Virus record (IMG/VR): IMGVR_UViG_3300027712_000099
Span: 1 to 30,208 of that record
DNA length: 30,208 bases
From: a virus
Taxonomy: Duplodnaviria; Caudoviricetes
Reading direction: 5' to 3' (one strand)
The position numbers and the translations under genes are program-made. Shown piece after piece: positions 1-6,268 of the stretch. The notes beneath the pieces are model-generated. The model did no database searches. It had not been told where the DNA came from and saw nothing but the letters and a program-made list of their open reading frames with translations. How positions within the stretch are numbered: position 1 is the stretch's first letter; every line of letters begins with the position of its first letter.

Positions 1-1558
1 ACAATGTATTGATTGGGCTATACAGGTTCTCCCATACATCACGGAACGCAAAACTCAATCCTAAAATTAGTCGATTGCGTTCACCGCGACTTAAGTTATC
101 AAAGTCAAGTTCACGACCCAATTCCGTAATCTCAACTTGTAAATCATTTTTGAATATTACTTGATGTGGCAATCCAATCTTATCTAAGTAATGTGTCAGT
201 CTACCATTCAAATATGATAGATTTTGGTCAATAATCTTTTTACGAACAAAACTATCTTTGCTGGTTAATATATCAAGCAAGAACTTCTGATGTTCCATAG
301 TGCGTGTCAATTGATTAATCTTATCAAAGTTAATCTCTTGCAATGCTTGGTTCTCCATCTCTGAAATCTGTTCACTATATGGATCAACTTCTTCACTTTT
401 GCGTTCAATATCTTTGATGATATTCTCAAGCTGGCTACTATGTTTGATTGCTTGTGCTTCTGTATCATAGTGAGTAATTGGCATTGTACCTAAGGCACCC
501 AAGTCTTTTAATGCCTGAGTGTGTTCCATGAATTGCTTATTGATTGTTAAAACTTGAAATGCTGCGTCATGTGATGCCTTTATCTTCTCATCCAACACAC
601 TTTCATGCTTTTGATCATGGAACTCTTGCCCACACGCATAACATTTGTGGTCACGCAAATCACTAATTTCTTTTGTTAGTTTGTTTATTAATTTTTCTTC
701 TTTGGCTTCATCAGCAACACAACGAGCAATAAGTTTATTGAGGTCATCAATAGTCTTACGCTTCTCATTGTATGCCGTTAAATCTTTGTGAGCCTGTAAT
801 TCACTAGCAATATCAATGGTAATCAAACGTTGATAATCAATAGCAAGTTTCTCTAAATCCTCATCGTGCTTCATCTTCCACAATTTCTGTCTACGCTTAG
901 TAGAATCAATTTGTTCTTTTACACGTTTGTTGGCTTCTTCAATTGCTTTTACTTTGAATTCTTCTTGCTGAATATTATCTTTGCTATCTTTGACTAAGCC
1001 TTTGATGACTTCTGCTTTTTCTGAAAGCAATGTAATGCCAAGTAATTGTTCAATGATATCACGTTGTTCATTATTTTTAAGAGCAAGAAATGGTTCGGAA
1101 TAGGTATTGAGTGCTACGATATGCTTAAACATATCGCTACTCATGTGAATCACTTTTTCAATAGCCGCTTGTGTTTCTTTGTTTTCACCCTGAGCATCAT
1201 CCAATCCTTTTTGTAAATCACTGTTTACATAAAAACGTAGAATGTTTGGCTTACGACCACGTTCAATCTTGTAATCAATGCCATTGACGGTAAACTCTAA
1301 TGTTACCATCATGTTTTTGCCGTTAGTGCGATTAACTAGATTATCCTTACGAATACTGTTAATGGGAACACCAAACAATGCGTAAGATAGTGCTTGGATC
1401 AATGATGTTTTGCCCGTACCATTACGAGCACCATCACCGCCTAAGTCTAGGTTCTCACCTAGAATAAGTGTTAGTTCTTGTCTGTCAAAGTTAACTGCTT
1501 GTGTTACTTGTCCGATTGATAGAAAGTTTCGTAGGGTTATGTTTTTAAGTGTTATCAT
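1..1558 (-). CDS. gp46: Recombination endonuclease ATPase subunit, T4 gp46/SbcC/Rad50-like (3' end outside window)
   Basis: Not in ORF track; translated by hand from ATG at 1558: MITLKNITLRNFLSIGQ...GENLDLGGDGARNGTGKTSLIQAL (Walker A), coiled coil with zinc-hook CYAC (~632-643), ABC signature LSRGERNRL near the left edge. Lies downstream of the gp47 homologue. Confidence 0.95.
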   Translation of the reverse strand, partial: MITLKNITLRNFLSIGQVTQAVNFDRQELTLILGENLDLGGDGARNGTGKTSLIQALSYALFGVPINSIRKDNLVNRTNGKNMMVTLEFTVNGIDYKIERGRKPNILRFYVNSDLQKGLDDAQGENKETQAAIEKVIHMSSDMFKHIVALNTYSEPFLALKNNEQRDIIEQLLGITLLSEKAEVIKGLVKDSKDNIQQEEFKVKAIEEANKRVKEQIDSTKRRQKLWKMKHDEDLEKLAIDYQRLITIDIASELQAHKDLTAYNEKRKTIDDLNKLIARCVADEAKEEKLINKLTKEISDLRDHKCYACGQEFHDQKHESVLDEKIKASHDAAFQVLTINKQFMEHTQALKDLGALGTMPITHYDTEAQAIKHSSQLENIIKDIERKSEEVDPYSEQISEMENQALQEINFDKINQLTRTMEHQKFLLDILTSKDSFVRKKIIDQNLSYLNGRLTHYLDKIGLPHQVIFKNDLQVEITELGRELDFDNLSRGERNRLILGLSFAFRDVWENLYSPINTL

Positions 1559-2199
1559 GGGTTATAAAGCATATCATGTAGATTGGTTTGATCGAATCTA
1601 AGACTTAGTACAGCACGGAATTTTTTATGATTACTAATTGGCGCATGTGGGATAGAAACATTGATCCAAGCGGGATCCTTCATGTGATATCGTGCGATTT
1701 CAGTAGAAGGAACTGCTTTCCAATTTGCTATATTATCTTTCCAATCAGAGAGATCATGTGCTGGCGGTTCGTAACTTTTAATCAATCTGGCTACATTTAC
1801 CGGATGGCTAGTAGGAAAGCCAGAGTCATCTCCAATTTCAGTATCATACCAAACTGTATAAGTATCTTCACAATTCATAATGGGAATATTCAATCCATAG
1901 CAATTTCTATACCAATCAGGATCATCTATATGAATTGGAAATTTATAATGATAATTAGTTGTTATTATATGTGCCGCGTACCATTCATCTAATAATCCTA
2001 TAGATTTGACATACTCAGTAAGCAAAGGAGCAAATGGTTCTATCTTTTCTCTTCCTGAGTAAATAAACTGAGGTGGAAAATCACGTAAATTAGGAATGTT
2101 TTTGTAAAGAATAATTTTTAATTCTTTTTGAATTTCTTTTAAATTTGCTATATGTATGGGTTTATAAAACCAACTTGGTCTTTCGGTGTACTTTGTCAT
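1555..2199 (-). CDS. Putative 2OG-Fe(II) oxygenase / cupin-fold protein
   Basis: 214 aa ORF with HxD (FPIHIDD), GLNIPI strand, distal His (SIPHAPISNH) and terminal R-x-x-L-S-L-R-F, a typical double-stranded beta-helix layout. ATGA overlaps with both neighbours. Confidence 0.6.
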   Translation of the reverse strand: MTKYTERPSWFYKPIHIANLKEIQKELKIILYKNIPNLRDFPPQFIYSGREKIEPFAPLLTEYVKSIGLLDEWYAAHIITTNYHYKFPIHIDDPDWYRNCYGLNIPIMNCEDTYTVWYDTEIGDDSGFPTSHPVNVARLIKSYEPPAHDLSDWKDNIANWKAVPSTEIARYHMKDPAWINVSIPHAPISNHKKFRAVLSLRFDQTNLHDMLYNP

Positions 2200-3209
2200 A
2201 GATTGTTATAAATCTCCAATAAGATACGTTTATCAAATGCGTTACTCTCAATGCTATTTATTTGATCAATGATGATTTGGTCTACTGATTCAAACTTCAA
2301 ATCACCGCGCCCCTCTTGCTCAACTTGGTCTACCTTCATTGGTATCAATGCCATCTCTCTTAGTTTATGTTCTGGGATTAATGTTTCACGTATGAAGTTA
2401 GCTTCCTCATATGAAATATCAATGTCAAGATGTACTCTAACATGACTGTCAGGTAATAGCAATCCCTTTGGATTTTCTAATATATCACTTAACTTATGAA
2501 CACGATATAAGGGTTGCTTGGGCCAACTGTGAAACAATGGATCTTGTCCCCATTCAAGTACCATCATACCCCGAGCATCGTCTTGTGCGTCAGCGTAGTT
2601 ATGCGGGAAGCTATTACCAATGTACCAAACATTAGCTTTACTTTGTCGTTTATGAAAATGCCCACTAAAGACATAATCAAAGCCCTTCATATGATCGGTA
2701 TTGATTTCACCATGATCGGGCATTTCTACCATAGCATTCATATAGAATCGTGGCAATTCAAAATGTCCAAACATATATTTGCCACTTAGTTTTTGAACTT
2801 TTTTGTAATCATCTTGTACAAGCCAGGGTGCAATTACTACATCTCCCGCTTTAAAGAAGTCGTTGACGATTTGTACGTTTGGTAAATGTTTAGCCCACTC
2901 AACACTATGAATGTCCCTGCGGTCACGATAATAAAGATCATGATTGCCCGGTATAAAATATACCCGATCAAAGTTATCATTTAGTTTCTCCAGTGCTTGT
3001 AATCCAAACTGTAATGTATGGATGTTGATACTTGCCCTGTGATGATTATAATCACCTAAGAAAAAACAAGTTTCGCATCCTTCGCTTTTGGCTTTGGATA
3101 TAAACCAATCAACAAAGTTATTACAGTCTTGGTTATGCTGTAAACTATTTGACTTTAGACCAAAGTGAATATCGGTGAATACAGCGGCTTTTTTAAAAAG
3201 GTTAGTCAT
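2196..3209 (-). CDS. gp47: Recombination endonuclease nuclease subunit, T4 gp47/SbcD/Mre11-like metallophosphoesterase
   Basis: Metallophosphoesterase motifs FTDIHFG, LGDYNH, PGNHD, GHFE, SGHFH. Start revised to MTNLFKK (ATG at 3209) because the longer 3290 start overlaps the upstream gene and the hairpin. Confidence 0.95.
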   Translation of the reverse strand: MTNLFKKAAVFTDIHFGLKSNSLQHNQDCNNFVDWFISKAKSEGCETCFFLGDYNHHRASINIHTLQFGLQALEKLNDNFDRVYFIPGNHDLYYRDRRDIHSVEWAKHLPNVQIVNDFFKAGDVVIAPWLVQDDYKKVQKLSGKYMFGHFELPRFYMNAMVEMPDHGEINTDHMKGFDYVFSGHFHKRQSKANVWYIGNSFPHNYADAQDDARGMMVLEWGQDPLFHSWPKQPLYRVHKLSDILENPKGLLLPDSHVRVHLDIDISYEEANFIRETLIPEHKLREMALIPMKVDQVEQEGRGDLKFESVDQIIIDQINSIESNAFDKRILLEIYNNL

Positions 3210-3215
3210 TTTTCT

Positions 3216-3245
3216 ATTGTATAATAAATGATGTTGCCGTAGCAA
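3216..3245 (-). promoter_or_regulatory. Putative sigma70-type promoter for gp47 (TTGCTA-N18-TACAAT)
   Basis: Minus strand reads TTGCTA cggcaacatcatttatta TACAAT agaaaa ATG; no Shine-Dalgarno before the ATG. Confidence 0.45.
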
Positions 3246-3250
3246 CATCA
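3223..3250 (-). terminator. Stem-loop after the gp55-like gene, probable intrinsic terminator
   Basis: Minus strand TGATGTTGC-TACG-GCAACATCA (perfect 9-bp stem, C(UACG)G tetraloop) followed by TTTATT, about 10 nt after the stop at 3260. Confidence 0.6.
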
Positions 3251-3259
3251 ACGGATAAA

Positions 3260-4171
3260 TTATTCTTCGTAAACTACCGAACTCATACAAGCACCCAGAC
3301 CCTGACGAGTCCAGCTTGGGTTAAGTCCATTAATCTCTAAGATATCGTCACGTATATTTTGATTACGCTTTTCGGTATTTAATACACGACAGAAACTATT
3401 TGTAATTGCTGCGGTATAGTATGCGAATGGGTTAGCTGATTTAGCTTCATTGAATCGTAGTCCAACATATGTAAGTTGAAGAATAGCACTATTACGCATC
3501 TCATCGTTATATGTATACCCACGCCAATTATATTTCATGGCATATTTTTCGCACATCATAATATACATACGGGCGAGTTTGTTTGTTACCTGTCCATGAT
3601 CCTTGCTAAACTCACCAGTCGCTAGATCACCTTTCCAATGACTTTTGCCCACACAATAGAAAGTATTATTTTTATCAATCATATAATGTTGGAATGGGGG
3701 GAAGTTTACTTTGACATGAACCATATCATCTACTTCAGCTTTGGTTGTCACATCCTCCAAGTCAGCAAAGATTTCATCTGGGTCAGCTTCTTCAAATTCA
3801 AAGATATCTTTTGCTGTTTTCTTTTTAACTGTTTTGCGGGGAACTTTTGGTGCTACTGGGACATGATCCCAATTCATTACTCTAAATATTAAATCTGTTA
3901 CTGGGATAGATTCTGGGCTAACTGCGTCTTTTGAGCCTTGTTCCAAACTAAGTCGCAATGCTCTAGTTTCTTTTGCTTGCTGAATAGTTTCGGGTTTGAA
4001 TGCGTATTCTAAACTTTCTTCAATAGAAGATTGGGGCATATCCACGATGAAATCATATCTATGATATTCAGGTTTAGCAAAATGACAGTAAGCAGTTTTA
4101 CTTTCGTGTATCTCTTTTAAGATATCTTTGTTATTTAAATAATTGACAGGTTTTCTTGAGGGTAATGACAT
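3260..4171 (-). CDS. gp55: Phage late-transcription sigma factor, T4 gp55-like, with a long insertion
   Basis: N-terminal NYLNNKDILKEI and C-terminal NWRGYTYNDEM...RFNEAKSANPFAYYTAAITNSFCRVLNTEKR match gp55 family motifs; 55-47-46 order as in T4-like phages; AAGGAG RBS before the ATG. Confidence 0.85.
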   Translation of the reverse strand: MSLPSRKPVNYLNNKDILKEIHESKTAYCHFAKPEYHRYDFIVDMPQSSIEESLEYAFKPETIQQAKETRALRLSLEQGSKDAVSPESIPVTDLIFRVMNWDHVPVAPKVPRKTVKKKTAKDIFEFEEADPDEIFADLEDVTTKAEVDDMVHVKVNFPPFQHYMIDKNNTFYCVGKSHWKGDLATGEFSKDHGQVTNKLARMYIMMCEKYAMKYNWRGYTYNDEMRNSAILQLTYVGLRFNEAKSANPFAYYTAAITNSFCRVLNTEKRNQNIRDDILEINGLNPSWTRQGLGACMSSVVYEE

Positions 4172-4203
4172 AAGTCTCCTTGATTTATAGTTATGCTTGA
4201 GTG

Positions 4204-4232
4204 ATTATAGCATAATGGTTGCGGAAAAGCAA
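4204..4232 (-). promoter_or_regulatory. Sigma70-type promoter for the gp55-gp47-gp46 operon
   Basis: Minus strand TTGCTT-N17-TATAAT, with TGn extended -10 (tgcTATAAT), upstream of the AAGGAG RBS. Confidence 0.7.
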
Positions 4233-4267
4233 CAGATTTTTAGTAGAAAAGGTAAAAATGCTAGTAT

Positions 4268-4283
4268 TATTTATGACTAAATA
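4268..4283. promoter_or_regulatory. Back-to-back T4-late-like TAAATA boxes (TATTTA-TGAC-TAAATA)
   Basis: Plus-strand CTAAATA at 4277-4283 lies 24 nt before the ATG at 4308; minus-strand CATAAATA at 4275-4268. The T4 late consensus is TATAAATA. Confidence 0.55.
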
Positions 4284-4307
4284 TACTATAAGGATAAGAA
4301 AAAGTAT

Positions 4308-5954
4308 ATGTCAAGTCGCTCCGTAACAAAAACAGTACTGGTTATTACTGGTGAAAATTCTCAACAAGAATATAAAGTAACATATACCGCCGACTCAAGC
4401 GGGCATTTTGGTGTACAAGTAGCAGGTACCAATCCATGGATTGCAGCGAGCGGCGGTGGCCTAACAGTAGATAGCGCCGTGGGTGCCATAGACCTTAATC
4501 TAGGTTTCTTTGCAGATTCTAATCCAGGATCAACTCAAAGCAAAGTAGCCGAACAACTTGCAGCTATCGTATCAAGAGACGGCCCAACTGAATTAGCAAA
4601 TTTATCTCAACAAGTTGGCCCAAGTCCCGCACTTACCCCTGAGCAAGATGCACAAGCAGCAGCACTTGACAAGGCAGTAGCCGATGCTCCGGCGGTACAA
4701 AGTCCTTCCCCTCCTGCATTAGTTATTCCAGCAGCAGACGCAGCTTTAAATAAAGCCGCTGATGATAAAGCCAGGGCAGATTATGCATCTGCAAGTCCTG
4801 CTGAAAAACGAGCAATTGAAGACACGACCAGACTAACTGCTAACCAATTGGGTGGCGATGAAACAGTACAAGACAAGAAACTTCCCGAACCTAATCTAGC
4901 ACAAAATGCCGCTACAACTAATGAAGCCGCACAAGACAAAAAAGTTCCTATTGCTGAACCTAATCTAGCACAAAATGCCGCTACAACTAATGAAGCCGCA
5001 CAAGACAAAAAGGTAGTAAGTGGCGATCCGCCGTATGATCGTAAGATGGCTGATGCAGAGTATACTAATAATTTAATTCCTACTTCAGGAGAACGCGGCC
5101 CACAAGGATTGACAGCACCAAAATTAGACGCACAATCACAAAAGACACAACAAGATGCTGCGAACACAGCATCTGCTGATGATTGGCGTGTAAGATTAAG
5201 TTTAGCGCCAAAAGCAACTTATCTTTATAAAAACAAAGGTAAAGAAGGTATACTATTGCCATTAGCAGCAACTGATGGAGTTATATTCCCGTATACTCCG
5301 TCAATACAAGTTCAATATGTGGCTAGTTATGATCCAACTGAAGTAACACATAGCAATTACAAATTCTTCTCTTATAGAGGCAGTGCGGTTGATTCGATTA
5401 ACATAACATGTGAATTTACTGCTCAAGATACTAAAGAGGCAGAATATCTATTAGCGGTAATACATTTTTTCAGATCCGTAACAAAAATGTTCTATGGAAA
5501 AGATCAAAATCCTAAAAACGGCACACCTCCACCATTATGTTATTTGAGTGGGTTGGGCACATACCAATTTGATAAGCATCCATTGGCAATAACTGGATTC
5601 ACTTATTCATTACCAACAGATGTAGATTATATTAGGGCACAAAGTGCTAGTCCACCGCCTGGAGTAAGTACTGCCCCTTCAAATGTTCCGTCTAGTAATA
5701 GTAATAGTGTATCAGGTAATCGTGCTCAGGCTGCTGGACTATCGCCGGGAGCACTTGCTAATCCGCCAGTTTTTGATTCAACCAAAGCACAAAAAAATAA
5801 ACCTACGTATGTACCTACAAAAATAAGTATTACTGTAACGGCAGTACCAATTGTAACAAGAAATGATATTAGCAATAATTTTAGTTTAGCAGAATATGGC
5901 ACAGGCGCATTGTTAAGAGGAAAGCCTGGTAATTCAGGTGGAGGAATTTGGTAA
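4308..5954 (+). CDS. Putative baseplate/tail-tube initiator or cap protein (gp48/gp54-like tube fold) with long low-complexity N-terminus
   Basis: C-terminal domain DWRVRLSL...GVIFPYTPSIQVQY...SINITCEFTAQ...AVIHFFRSVTKMFYG...GTPPPLCYLSGLG...ITGFTYSLPTDVDY resembles tube-like baseplate proteins; directly precedes the gp53-like gene. Confidence 0.6.
   Translation: MSSRSVTKTVLVITGENSQQEYKVTYTADSSGHFGVQVAGTNPWIAASGGGLTVDSAVGAIDLNLGFFADSNPGSTQSKVAEQLAAIVSRDGPTELANLSQQVGPSPALTPEQDAQAAALDKAVADAPAVQSPSPPALVIPAADAALNKAADDKARADYASASPAEKRAIEDTTRLTANQLGGDETVQDKKLPEPNLAQNAATTNEAAQDKKVPIAEPNLAQNAATTNEAAQDKKVVSGDPPYDRKMADAEYTNNLIPTSGERGPQGLTAPKLDAQSQKTQQDAANTASADDWRVRLSLAPKATYLYKNKGKEGILLPLAATDGVIFPYTPSIQVQYVASYDPTEVTHSNYKFFSYRGSAVDSINITCEFTAQDTKEAEYLLAVIHFFRSVTKMFYGKDQNPKNGTPPPLCYLSGLGTYQFDKHPLAITGFTYSLPTDVDYIRAQSASPPPGVSTAPSNVPSSNSNSVSGNRAQAAGLSPGALANPPVFDSTKAQKNKPTYVPTKISITVTAVPIVTRNDISNNFSLAEYGTGALLRGKPGNSGGGIW
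4887..5011 (+). repeat. Intragenic direct repeat, 2 x 56 bp identical, 69-bp period (EPNLAQNAATTNEAAQDKK x2)
   Basis: gaacctaatctagcacaaaatgccgctacaactaatgaagccgcacaagacaaaaa at 4887-4942 and 4956-5011. Confidence 0.95.
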
Positions 5955-6265
5955 TGGCAACAAACAGTATATACCCACAATCAAGCCCGTACTATAGTAC
6001 CGGGGTAGTAACTAATCAATTTTTAGATGTGATGCAGAATCGTCCAATACCCATGCAAACAAGTGATATATATTGGGAGATAAAACAAGTATATGAATAT
6101 CGTCCAGACTTATTAGCATATGACTTGTATACTGATAGTAGATTGTGGTGGGTATTTGCGAGTAGAAACCCAAACACATTAAAAGATCCTTATTTTGATT
6201 TTGTTGCTGGGTTGGGTATATACTTGCCTAAGTTAGATGTGATAGTACAAGCGTTGGGTATATAA
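5954..6265 (+). CDS. gp53: Baseplate wedge protein, T4 gp53-like (LysM-like)
   Basis: YEYRPDLLAYDLYTDSRLWWVFASRN motif. ATG at 5954 overlaps the previous stop (TAATG) with GGAGG upstream. Confidence 0.8.
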   Translation: MATNSIYPQSSPYYSTGVVTNQFLDVMQNRPIPMQTSDIYWEIKQVYEYRPDLLAYDLYTDSRLWWVFASRNPNTLKDPYFDFVAGLGIYLPKLDVIVQALGI

Positions 6266-6268
6266 GAT

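Noticed and set aside
3210-3290. 27-aa N-terminal extension of gp47 given by the ORF track
   Set aside because: Overlaps the gp55 end and the hairpin; the first nuclease motif (FTDIH) fits a start at 3209.
1410-3892. Plus-strand ORFs 1410-1601, 1627-1992, 2514-2789 and 3638-3892
   Set aside because: Antisense shadows of well-supported minus-strand genes; no motifs or RBS.
4887-5011. Direct repeat as possible CRISPR array or att site
   Set aside because: Only two copies, in frame within a CDS, 13-bp spacer, no cas or integrase genes.
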